Source: an uncultured Actinomycetes bacterium (lineage in GTDB: Bacteria > Actinomycetota > Thermoleophilia > Gaiellales > Gaiellaceae). Taken from it: DNA of 64,000 bases. The stretch is from positions 121,995 to 185,994 of the forward strand of contig CAVVKA010000001.1 in NCBI GenBank assembly GCA_963748755.1. Direction: 5' to 3'. Position numbers and translations under genes: made by a program. The number at the start of each line of letters is the position of its first letter. The stretch's first letter is position 1. Shown here one piece after another: positions 54,083 to 62,595 of this stretch. The notes under the pieces are model-generated. The model was not told the origin of the DNA. It ran no database searches and worked only from the letters and a program-made list of their open reading frames with translations.

Positions 54083-54427
54083 TCATGATGACGCTTCCTT
54101 TCGTGACTCGTTCGAAACAGCAACGGGCAGACTGATTGCTCTCGACGCTGCCGGGGGGTTTTCGGATCTGTACGCCGCATATGCTTGGAGGGCGTCGAGG
54201 TCATGGCGGCGCCGCCCGGGGAAGAAGCACCGCAGGAACTCAGACCAGCTGAGTCCGATCGGCGCGTGTTCGCTGCGATCCGTCTCGAGATCGGGTTCGT
54301 CGTCGGCGCTGCGATGGCCTCCTTCGTCTTCCCAGCGTTCGAGGGGGACGCAGTCGCGGCGGGTCCCGGTGATCAAGGGGCGCTCTTCGTGCAGCGGCAG
54401 ACCCAGCCCTCGATCAGCCGGTCGCAC
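54083..54427 (-). CDS. hypothetical protein with WEDEGG motif
   Basis: ORF of 114 aa with coding-like GC3. The LERWEDEGG motif recurs in small actinobacterial proteins, as far as I recall. Confidence 0.4.
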   Translation of the reverse strand: MRPADRGLGLPLHEERPLITGTRRDCVPLERWEDEGGHRSADDEPDLETDRSEHAPIGLSWSEFLRCFFPGRRRHDLDALQAYAAYRSENPPAASRAISLPVAVSNESRKEASS

Positions 54428-54527
54428 GAGGGACAGCAGCGTCCGGCGTTGCGGACGCGGAGCAGCCCTCGACCGAGTCCGGGCGAGCCACCTCCAGTCG
54501 TCGAGGGGAGCTGTGATGTGAGCGGGG

Positions 54528-54809
54528 TCACGCGGCCCGTCCGCTTGATGCCCCGAAGCTCGGGCCTGCCATTGTGTACGAGCGGTTGCCCACCGACAGT
54601 GTGGCCGAACGGATGCCGTCGGCTGCGAGCCACGACTGGACTGCGTCGATCACCTCGACCACTGACCGCGATTCCCATTCCGAACGAACCTGGACTTCGC
54701 TGCGCGTCGCGTCAAAAGAGACCGACGAGCGGTCGAAGAGTCCGCCGAGACGGCGCATAAGCTCGTGCACGCGCGCAGCGTCTGTGACGGCAACGCGGAT
54801 CTCCACCAT
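54528..54809 (-). CDS. hypothetical small protein
   Basis: 93-aa ORF with coding-like codon bias. Same strand as the ANTAR regulator and downstream of it. Confidence 0.4.
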   Translation of the reverse strand: MVEIRVAVTDAARVHELMRRLGGLFDRSSVSFDATRSEVQVRSEWESRSVVEVIDAVQSWLAADGIRSATLSVGNRSYTMAGPSFGASSGRAA

Positions 54810-54994
54810 CAGGACCTCCGGGGGTCGAAGCGTCGACTCCGACCGGGACGTTGGGGTCGGCCAGATACGGCTCCAACCCGCTTTGCTGAGGGTGGACTCT
54901 TTGCAGTGCCGCTTTCTCGACGCCGCGTGCTGCTTGGCAACGCCGAACGCTGAGGCGCCGCACCGCTAAAGGTAGCAGCGAGCGGTCACCGCTC

Positions 54995-55630
54995 CTAGGA
55001 CACCGTCGCCGGCGTCGCCGGGGCCGATGGGCCAACTGGCTGTAGCAGCGGCGGCAGCAATAGGAGGTGGCTGTCGACGATCGCCTGGGCGACGTCGACG
55101 AGCTTGTGGCCGTTGTGCCTCGAGTGGTCGCGCAGCATCTCGAACGCTCGCTCGGCGTCGATTGCGTGGCGGGCCATCAGAATCCCTTTCGCCTGTTCGA
55201 TCATCGCGCGACGCCCGAACGCGCCTTGGAGGCTGTGGTACTCGGCGAAGCGTTGCAGTGTGATGTCGATCGCGCTCTGTAATTCCTCCGGGGTTGTATC
55301 GACGATGTAGGCGAAGACGCCACGCTTGGCCGCCTCGTGGACGTATGCGGGATCCTTGGCCGACAGCAGCGCGATCACCGGACAGGAGGCCTCGCGGACG
55401 ATCTCGGTAATCAACTCGAGCGCGTGCTCAGAGTGCAGGCCGAGCCCGACCAGCGCGACATCCGGCCGCTCCCTAGCCGTCACCGCCCCGACCTCCTTGA
55501 CGTAGATCTCGCGTGCGATCACCTCGTGGCCCAGCCCGGCCACGACCTGGGCCAGCAGCTCGAGCCGCTCGCGTTTCTCGTTGGCGATCAGGACCCGGAG
55601 ATTGCGGCTCTCCTCTTCAGCCATTGTCAA
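54995..55630 (-). CDS. response regulator with ANTAR RNA-binding output domain (PdtaR/AmiR-like)
   Basis: The receiver is REC-like (LRVLIANE...DVALVGLGL). ANTAR: RRAMIEQAKGILMARHAIDAERAFEMLRDHSRHNGHKLVDVAQAIV. Confidence 0.85.
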   Translation of the reverse strand: MTMAEEESRNLRVLIANEKRERLELLAQVVAGLGHEVIAREIYVKEVGAVTARERPDVALVGLGLHSEHALELITEIVREASCPVIALLSAKDPAYVHEAAKRGVFAYIVDTTPEELQSAIDITLQRFAEYHSLQGAFGRRAMIEQAKGILMARHAIDAERAFEMLRDHSRHNGHKLVDVAQAIVDSHLLLLPPLLQPVGPSAPATPATVS

Positions 55631-55820
55631 AATGTTAGCGCGCCCAGATCGGCGCTAGACTTGCTCTTACGGCACCTCAAGGACCGGCGCAGCGAATCAC
55701 TCCGCGGGGTCCGAAAGGACACCGGCCCCGCGAAGATCCGCCCTCAAGAGCTTAGGCCGGAGCCGCTGGCCGACCAGAACAAGCGGTCGACTTCATTGTC
55801 TGAGAGGGAGGATCAAAAAG

Positions 55821-56131
55821 ATGCAAGGCGAATCACACCGCCCTGAAACGCAACCCCCGGCCGCGCCTGCCGAGGCACGGGGCGAACGTCTGCGACGACA
55901 CGGCCGTCGCACCGGCCTCTACACGTGGGCGGTCGGCCTCGTCGCGCTGCTCGTCGTCCTGATTGCGCTCGTCGTCGCGAATACCCGTCAGGTGAAGCTG
56001 AGTTGGGTGTCGGCACTGGCCACGCGTCACTGATCTGGATCATCCTCGCGGCCGCAGTTCTGGGCTGGCTACTGGGCATCTTCACCAGCGTCGTCTTCAG
56101 GTTGCGCACGCGGCGCCGGCCACCTGGGTAG
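55821..56131 (+). pseudogene. LapA/DUF1049-like small membrane protein gene split by a frameshift
   Basis: The frame-3 ORF ends ...VANTRQVKLSWVSALATRH*. The overlapping frame-2 ORF continues the family pattern: GTGHASLIWIILAAAVLGWLLGIFTSVVFRLRTRRR. Confidence 0.5.
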
Positions 56132-56398
56132 GCGGCTGGGTTTCGTTCATGGCAGAGAACGCGACGCGATCGCAACGATCCCTCTGCCGCTCCACGAATC
56201 GGATCGGCGCATGAGGACGAGTCCAGCATGCGATCCGACGACGAGATCGCGGGTAGGGTGGTTGAGCGCGTAGACCTAGCGCGGAAGCCGCTGAGGCTCT
56301 CCGAACCTCCTCTTCGACTTACGAAACCTGGCCTAAGTGCAGCAGGAGAACTCGGCTTGAGTTCTCCAACCTTGCAGCATGAGCGAGAGGAACAACAG

Positions 56399-56713
56399 AT
56401 GTATGCCACCCATCGGCGCTACGAGGGCATCGATCAGAGCCGGATCGAGGAGCTGACAAGGAAGGTAAACGACGGCCTGATCCCGCGGCTGAGCAAGCTG
56501 CCGGGATTCCAGGGCTACTTCCTGACCGAAGCCGGCGACGGCGTCGTCAAGTCGATCAGCCTATTCGACACCTCCAGCCAGGCCGAGGAGTCGAGTCGGG
56601 TCGCGGCAGAGTGGACGCTGGAGGAGGACCTCGAGAAGCTGGTTCCGAATCCGCCCAAGGTCATGACCAGGAAGGTGCTTGCGCACGAGACGAAGGCACC
56701 GGCGCTCGTCTGA
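56399..56713 (+). CDS. small ABM/dimeric alpha-beta-barrel-like protein
   Basis: ATG at 56399 after GAGAGGA. GFQGYFLTEAGDGVVKSISLFDTSSQAEES. The hairpin GGCCCGC/GCGGGCC at 56739-56756 follows. Confidence 0.5.
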   Translation: MYATHRRYEGIDQSRIEELTRKVNDGLIPRLSKLPGFQGYFLTEAGDGVVKSISLFDTSSQAEESSRVAAEWTLEEDLEKLVPNPPKVMTRKVLAHETKAPALV

Positions 56714-57038
56714 GTCTTCGGCATGAAAGTCAAGAGAAGGCCCGCACTCGCGGGCCATTCTCTCGAGCGCGCGCGCCTTCCGTGTGGAGTCGCTCGCGCC
56801 CGTCAACTCGGGCGAGGGAGCGCACCAGCTGTCCGCGGAGACCGGCGAGACGATGAGATCCCTACGGACGCCGCCCGCCCCGTCTTCTGATCGGCGACAG
56901 AGAGGATTGCAATGGAAACGAACACATCCCCCTACCCGCTCCAGCTTCGCGGCGTGCTCGCCCAGTCTCGCTCTCGAGAGTGCTCGGATCCTGGGACTCG
57001 TTGTCTCCTGAGCTATCGCGCCTTCTCGTGCTGCAGCA

Positions 57039-57111
57039 TGGGCCGTGCAGGGATCGAACCTGCGACCTTGGGATTAAGAGTCCCCTGCTCTACCAGCTGA
57101 GCTAACGGCCC
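57039..57111 (-). tRNA. tRNA-Lys (anticodon CUU)
   Basis: The reverse complement folds as a cloverleaf: acceptor GGGCCGT/ACGGCCC, D arm GCTC-AGCTGGTA-GAGC, anticodon loop CTCTTAA, T arm GCAGG-TTCGATC-CCTGC, discriminator A. Confidence 0.9.
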
Positions 57112-57140
57112 GAACGGCGGGCCATTGTAGCCTCGCCCCC

Positions 57141-58175
57141 GTGAAGGTCTTCTCGGTCGTGGGCAACCGCCCCCAGTTCATCAAGTCCGGTCCCGTCAGC
57201 GCCGCGCTGCGCGAAGCCGGCATCGAGGAGGTCGGCCTCCACACCGGCCAGCACTGGGATCCGGAGCTCTCCGACGTCTTCTACGCGGAGCTCGGGCTGC
57301 CCGAGCCGCGCTACCGCCTCGATCTCCACACCGCCGACTCCGAGGCGATGCGGCCCGCGATCGCTGCCGTGCTCGCCCAGGAGCGGCCCGACTGGACGCT
57401 CGTCTTCGGCGACACCAACTCGACCCTCGCGGGCACGGAGGCTGCGGGCGACGCGGGAGTCCCCGTCGCGCACGTGGAGGCCGGCCTGCGCAGCGGCGAT
57501 CTGTCGATGCCCGAGGAGCACAACCGGATCGCGGTCGACGCCGTGGCCGCGCTCCTCCTCTGTCCCGACGAGCGGTCGCGCGAGACGCTGGTCGCGGAGG
57601 GCGTGCCCGGCCGCATCGACGTCGTCGGCGACGTGATGGCGGACGCGTGCTTTCAGCTCGCGCCCATCGCGCGCGAGCGGTCGGGGATCCTCGCCGAGCA
57701 CGGGCTCGAGCCGGGCGGCTACGTCGCTGCCACGATCCACCGCGCGGCGAACGTCCGGCCCGAGCGGCTGGCGCGAATCATGGACGGCCTCGGACGGATC
57801 GGAGAGCGCGTCCTCTTCCCCGCTCATCCGCGCACGCGGTCGGTCCTCGGAAGCGTGCCGCCGAACGTCGAGGTGCTCGCGCCGCTCGGGTACCTCGACA
57901 TGGCCGCGCTCGTCTCGCAGGCGCGCGTCCTCGTCACCGACTCGGGCGGGCTGCAGAAGGAGGCGTACTGGTACGGCGTCCCATGCGTGACCGCGCGGCC
58001 GTCGACCGAGTGGGTGGACACGGTCGAGCTCGGCGCCAACGTCCTCGTCGACGACGACCCGGACAAGCTCGCGGCCGCGGTCGCCTCGGCGCGAATGCCC
58101 GACGAGCGGCCGCCGCTCTACGGTGACGGGCACGCCGCTGAGCGGGTCGCCGCTAGCCTTGCCGACCGTGGCTGA
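57141..58175 (+). CDS. wecB: UDP-N-acetylglucosamine 2-epimerase (non-hydrolysing)
   Basis: VVGNRPQFIKSGPV...HTGQHWD...VFGDTNSTLAG...HVEAGLRS...DSGGLQKEAY. Confidence 0.9.
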   Translation: MKVFSVVGNRPQFIKSGPVSAALREAGIEEVGLHTGQHWDPELSDVFYAELGLPEPRYRLDLHTADSEAMRPAIAAVLAQERPDWTLVFGDTNSTLAGTEAAGDAGVPVAHVEAGLRSGDLSMPEEHNRIAVDAVAALLLCPDERSRETLVAEGVPGRIDVVGDVMADACFQLAPIARERSGILAEHGLEPGGYVAATIHRAANVRPERLARIMDGLGRIGERVLFPAHPRTRSVLGSVPPNVEVLAPLGYLDMAALVSQARVLVTDSGGLQKEAYWYGVPCVTARPSTEWVDTVELGANVLVDDDPDKLAAAVASARMPDERPPLYGDGHAAERVAASLADRG

Positions 58176-59451
58176 GGGCAGTCAGTACGACGTCGCGGTC
58201 GTCGGCGCGGGCTATGTCGGCGTGCCTCTCGCAGCGACGTTCGCGGAGGCCGGCTGTCACGTCCTCCTCGTCGACGTGCTCGAGCACGTCGTCGCAGCGC
58301 TCAACCGCGGCGAGTCCCACATCTCGGACGTGCCGAGCAAGCGACTGGCGCCTCTGGTCGAGGGCGGCCTCGTTCATGCAACCACGAGCTACGAGGAACT
58401 CCGCGACGCCGAGGCGATCCTGATCGCGCTGCCGACGCCGCTCTCGCGCCAGCGCGAGCCCGACCTCTCGATCGTGGAAGACGCAGCGAGGCGCATCGCG
58501 GGCGTGCTCCGCGAGGGCCAGCTCGTCGTGCTCGAGTCGACGACCTGGCCGGGCACGACGCGCGAGGTGCTCCAGCCGATCCTCGAAGAGGGAAGCGGCC
58601 TGCGCGTGGGCGAGGGCTTCTTCCTCGCCATGTCGCCGGAGCGGGTCGATCCGGGCCGCGAGGACTGGACGACGAAGACGACGCCGAAGGTGCTCGGTGG
58701 GGTCACACCCGCATGCACCAACAAGGCGGCAGCCGTCTACGGGCGGGCGATCGACACCGTCCACGAGCTCTCGAGCCCGGAGGCGGCCGAGCTGACGAAG
58801 CTGCTCGAGAACATCTTCCGTTCGGTCAACATCGCGCTCGTCAACGAGCTCGCCATCCTCTGCGACCGGATGGGGATCGACATCTGGGAGGTGGTCGACG
58901 CGGCGGCCACGAAGCCGTTCGGCTACATGCGCTTCAGCCCCGGCCCGGGCCTCGGCGGTCACTGCATCCCGGTCGACCCCTTCTACCTGAGCTGGAAGGC
59001 GCGCGAGTTCGGCTTCTACACGGAGTTCATCGAGCTCGCCGGCAAGGTGAACGAGGAGATGCCGTACTTCTGCCGCTCGCTCGTCTCGCAGGCGCTCAAC
59101 CACCATGCACAGCGCGCGATGAAGGGCTCGCGGATCCTCGTCCTCGGCGTCTCGTACAAGCCGGACATCGGCGACCTGCGCGAGTCGCCCGCGCTGAAGA
59201 TCATCTCGCTCCTGCAGAACGCGGGCGCCGACGTCGCCTACCACGACCCGCACGTCCCGCAGATTCACGAGGAGGGCGTCGAGCTGTCAACGGTGGCCTA
59301 CGAGCCCGGGGCCTACGACTGCGTCGTCATCGTCACCGACCACTCCTCGCTCGACTACGAACAGCTCGTCGACGAGGCGCCGCTCGTCGTCGACCTCCGA
59401 AACGCGACCGGGGCCAAGGGCGCGGCGGCGGAGCACGTCTTCAAGCTGTGA
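58168..59451 (+). CDS. UDP-sugar 6-dehydrogenase (WecC/WbpA-like nucleotide-sugar dehydrogenase)
   Basis: VAVVGAGYVGVPLA...PGPGLGGHCIPVDP...YKPDIGDLRESPA. The GTG at 58168 is preferred over the longer ORF start at 58123. Confidence 0.85.
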   Translation: MAEGSQYDVAVVGAGYVGVPLAATFAEAGCHVLLVDVLEHVVAALNRGESHISDVPSKRLAPLVEGGLVHATTSYEELRDAEAILIALPTPLSRQREPDLSIVEDAARRIAGVLREGQLVVLESTTWPGTTREVLQPILEEGSGLRVGEGFFLAMSPERVDPGREDWTTKTTPKVLGGVTPACTNKAAAVYGRAIDTVHELSSPEAAELTKLLENIFRSVNIALVNELAILCDRMGIDIWEVVDAAATKPFGYMRFSPGPGLGGHCIPVDPFYLSWKAREFGFYTEFIELAGKVNEEMPYFCRSLVSQALNHHAQRAMKGSRILVLGVSYKPDIGDLRESPALKIISLLQNAGADVAYHDPHVPQIHEEGVELSTVAYEPGAYDCVVIVTDHSSLDYEQLVDEAPLVVDLRNATGAKGAAAEHVFKL

Positions 59452-60428
59452 GCGACGACGGGAAGCTCAGGGTCGGACAGGCCGGGCTCGGCTACTGGGG
59501 CCGCAACCTCGCGCGGAACTTCGACGACGTCACCGAGCTGCGCTGGCTGTGCGACGCGAGCGAGGAGCTGCGCGCGGAGTTCGCCGAGCGATACCCCGAC
59601 GCGCGGGTGACGGGGGATTTCGACGAGATGCTCGCCGCGGACGACGTCGACGCCGTCGTGATCGCGACGCCGGTCCCGACGCACTATCCGCTCGCACGGG
59701 CGGCGCTCGAGGCGGGCAAGCACGTCTTCGTCGAGAAGCCGCCTGCGATGCGAGCTGCGGAGATGGAGGAGCTCGTCGGCCTCGCGGAGGCCAGCGGCCT
59801 CGTCCTGATGCCGGGGCATCTCCTCCTCTACCACCCCGCCGTGCAGAAGCTGAAGGAGCTCGTCGACGGCGGCGAGCTGGGGGAGGTGCTCGTCGTCTAC
59901 GGGAACCGCCAGAACCTCGGCAAGATCCGCAAGGACGAGAACGCGCTCTGGTCGCTCGGCGTCCACGACCTCTCGGTGATCCTGTACCTGATCTCCGAGG
60001 AGATCGTCGAGGCGGCGGCGCACGGCCATGCCTTCCTCAACGAGGGCGTCGAGGACGTCGTCTTCTGCTACCTGCGCTTCGCCTCGGGGAAGATCGCGCA
60101 CATGCACCTGTCGTGGCTCGACCCGCACAAGATGCGGCGGCTCACGGTGGTCGGGCGCGACAAGATGGCGGTCTTCGACGACATGGAGCTCGACCGGAAG
60201 ATCACGGTCTACGACAAGGCGCCCGAGCGGCGCGCCGACACGTACGGCGAGTGGCTCACGCGGACGGGCGACATCTTCAGCCCGAAGGTCTCCAATGCCG
60301 AGCCGCTCAAGCTCGAGTGCCAGCACTTCGTGCGGCTCGTGCAGGAGGGCTGGGACGGACGCGAGATGCGAGACGGGCTCGAGGTCGTACGCGCCCTCGA
60401 GCTCCTGACGGAAAGCCTGCGTGCGTAG
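59448..60428 (+). CDS. Gfo/Idh/MocA family oxidoreductase (WbpB-like)
   Basis: GTGA overlap with the upstream gene. LRVGQAGLGYWGRNLARNF...VFVEKPPA... Confidence 0.85.
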   Translation: MSDDGKLRVGQAGLGYWGRNLARNFDDVTELRWLCDASEELRAEFAERYPDARVTGDFDEMLAADDVDAVVIATPVPTHYPLARAALEAGKHVFVEKPPAMRAAEMEELVGLAEASGLVLMPGHLLLYHPAVQKLKELVDGGELGEVLVVYGNRQNLGKIRKDENALWSLGVHDLSVILYLISEEIVEAAAHGHAFLNEGVEDVVFCYLRFASGKIAHMHLSWLDPHKMRRLTVVGRDKMAVFDDMELDRKITVYDKAPERRADTYGEWLTRTGDIFSPKVSNAEPLKLECQHFVRLVQEGWDGREMRDGLEVVRALELLTESLRA

Positions 60429-60490
60429 GCTCGTCGGAGCACGCCCAGTAGCGGAGGCGCCGGCGTGTACGGCGCCGGAGCGGGAAACCA

Positions 60491-61144
60491 GTGACTGAGC
60501 CCGAGATCCACCCGACGGCGATCGTCTATCCGGGAACGCTCCTCGGCGAAGGCGTGAAGGTGCTCGAGCACGCGGTCGTCGGCAAGCAGCCCTCGCTCTC
60601 CCCGCGGTCGACCGCGAAGCGCGAGGAGCTCCCGCCGACGGAGATCGGCGACGGGACGATCGTCTCCACCGGAGCAGTCGTCTTCGCCGGCACGAAGGTC
60701 GGCGCGCGCGTGATCCTCGGCGACCAGTCCTGCGTCCGCGAGCGGGTCGTCGTCGGCGACGACGTCGTGATCGGGCGCGGCTCGCTCGTCGAGAACGACA
60801 CGACGATCGGGGCCATGACGAAGATCCAGGCCGAGGCGTACATCACGGCGTACTCGACGCTCGAGGAGCACGTCTTCATCGCGCCGTGCGTCGTGACGAC
60901 GAACGACAACTTCATGGGACGCACCGAGCGGCGCCACGAGCTGATCAAGGGGCCGACCATCCGCCGCGGCGCACGGATCGGCGGCGGCGCCGTCCTGCTC
61001 CCGGGCATCGAGATCGGCGAGGACGCGTTCATCGGCGCGGGCGCGGTCGTGACGAAGGATGTCGAGCGGCGGATGCTCGTCGTCGGCAACCCGGCGCGGG
61101 TGATGCGGGCCGTCGCCGAGGACGAGCTGCTCGAGAATCAGTAG
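60491..61144 (+). CDS. left-handed beta-helix (hexapeptide) N-acetyltransferase (WbpD-like)
   Basis: Repeated [LIV]-G-x4 hexapeptides (IGDGTIVSTGAVVFAGTKVGARVILGDQSCV...), 217 aa. Confidence 0.8.
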   Translation: MTEPEIHPTAIVYPGTLLGEGVKVLEHAVVGKQPSLSPRSTAKREELPPTEIGDGTIVSTGAVVFAGTKVGARVILGDQSCVRERVVVGDDVVIGRGSLVENDTTIGAMTKIQAEAYITAYSTLEEHVFIAPCVVTTNDNFMGRTERRHELIKGPTIRRGARIGGGAVLLPGIEIGEDAFIGAGAVVTKDVERRMLVVGNPARVMRAVAEDELLENQ

Positions 61145-61152
61145 GAAGACGC

Positions 61153-62595
61153 TTAGCCGACCTTGCGGAGCTGCAGCGAGTACCGGCCGCTGCCGTGGCG
61201 CGCGACTCGCACCTCGAATTCGTACCAGCCGCTGTGTCGCGCGCGGTACGCGAGGCGTTGCGCGCTCGCGGGATACGCCGACTGCGCCACCCTTGCTCGC
61301 TTCCGGTAGGCGTTCTTCGCACCCGGCTTCAACAGGACCACGTCGAGCGCCGCATGCGCCCACTGGGCTACTGCGGTCGCCTGCAGCCGCTGCCCTCGGG
61401 CGAGGTGCACGCGATAGAAGTCGCTCTGGTCGTCCCAGTAGTCGAGGGTCGCAGCGAACGACCGCCGCTTCCCCCACAGCTTGGGCGCCTGCGACGGTTT
61501 GTCGTTCGGCTCGAGGCGGTCGGACGGCGGAGGCGCACCTCCGGAGTCGAGTGAGTTGACGGCCCGCATCACGTCGAGGCGGCCCCAGCCGCTGTAGCGG
61601 TCCCTGCCGGCAGGACAGGCGGCGCAGCCGCTGGCGGCATCGACGTCATCCGCGTGTCGCTCGAGGATCTTCGTGACCTGGCTGCTCGTGAGCGACGGAT
61701 CGACGCCCAGCAGAACGGCCGCGGCAGCCGACACCTGCGGTGCCGCGAACGAGGTGCCTTCGGGACGGTGGTAGTCGCCGGCCGCGCAGTCGGTGTAGCC
61801 CTGCGGCGTGCAGTCCTGCTGCGTCGCCGTCAATGCCTTCGGGAACGTGGAGAAGATGCCCACTCCCGGCGCGGCGATGTCGACAAAGGTCGGATCCTCG
61901 TCCGAGAAGTCCGGGACATCGCCCGAGCGGGTCAGCGCGCCGACGCCGAGCACGTGCGGCAGCGCCGCGGGCCAGCTCGCATACGGCCACGGTGTCGTGT
62001 AGGCCTCGTCGGCGTTCCCCACCGCGGCGACGACGACAGCTCCCTTCTTGATGGCGTAGTCGACCGCCTGGGCCTCGACCTTGGAGTACGTGTCGAGCGA
62101 AGGGTTCATCGGATCGCGGACGGCGCCGAAGCTCAAGTTGACGACCCGCGCACCCTGGTCGACGGCCCATCTGATGCCCGCGGCCTCGGCCTTGAGCGGG
62201 ATCGTGCCGTCGGCGGCGACGACCTTGGCGACGAGCAGCTGGGACGAGTAGGCGAGGCCCACGATGCCGCCCGAGTTCAACGCTCCGTCGATCTCGCCGG
62301 CGACGATCGTGCCGTGACCCTGCGTGTCGAGACACGCGCTGCCGCCGACGAAGCTCTTCGCCCTGAATACCTGTCCCTGGAAGTCGGGCAGCCCGCAGTC
62401 GACACCCGAGTCGATGATGGCCACCTTCACTGAGTCGAGCGAGGGTGGCGCGGACCACGCGTCGAACGCGGCGTCCTGGCTCAGATACCACTGCTTCCCG
62501 AAATAGGCGTTCGCAGGAGTGAACGCTGCAGCAGCGGGGGTCGCTGCAAGCGCAGCGAACACCGCGCCGAGCAGCGCGATCCGCAGCTTCTTCAC
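61153..62595 (-). CDS. secreted S8 subtilisin-like serine protease with C-terminal PPC-like domain
   Basis: Signal peptide. Catalytic triad contexts VAIIDSGVD, GHGTIVAG, GTSFAAPQVS. The GTG start overlaps the upstream TAG by 1 nt. Confidence 0.85.
   Translation of the reverse strand: MKKLRIALLGAVFAALAATPAAAAFTPANAYFGKQWYLSQDAAFDAWSAPPSLDSVKVAIIDSGVDCGLPDFQGQVFRAKSFVGGSACLDTQGHGTIVAGEIDGALNSGGIVGLAYSSQLLVAKVVAADGTIPLKAEAAGIRWAVDQGARVVNLSFGAVRDPMNPSLDTYSKVEAQAVDYAIKKGAVVVAAVGNADEAYTTPWPYASWPAALPHVLGVGALTRSGDVPDFSDEDPTFVDIAAPGVGIFSTFPKALTATQQDCTPQGYTDCAAGDYHRPEGTSFAAPQVSAAAAVLLGVDPSLTSSQVTKILERHADDVDAASGCAACPAGRDRYSGWGRLDVMRAVNSLDSGGAPPPSDRLEPNDKPSQAPKLWGKRRSFAATLDYWDDQSDFYRVHLARGQRLQATAVAQWAHAALDVVLLKPGAKNAYRKRARVAQSAYPASAQRLAYRARHSGWYEFEVRVARHGSGRYSLQLRKVG

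Larger units (their letters stand above)
44313..57111. mobile_element. candidate ancient genomic island integrated at tRNA-Lys(CUU), no integrase detected
   Basis: Direct 22-nt repeat at both ends. The intact tRNA has its 3' end facing the block. Interior spot counts are about 57-62% G+C versus about 75% just right of the tRNA. The cargo is accessory-type. Confidence 0.4.

Noticed and set aside
44337-57038. Integrase, excisionase or transposase inside either putative island (also 19041-24295)
   Set aside because: No ORF shows tyrosine/serine recombinase or DDE motifs. The mobile-element call is therefore kept at low confidence.
58123-58167. Longer start for the UDP-sugar dehydrogenase, overlapping wecB by 53 nt
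   Set aside because: The GTG at 58168 lies just before the GAGYVG Rossmann loop and gives only an 8-nt overlap with wecB, so the shorter form is preferred.
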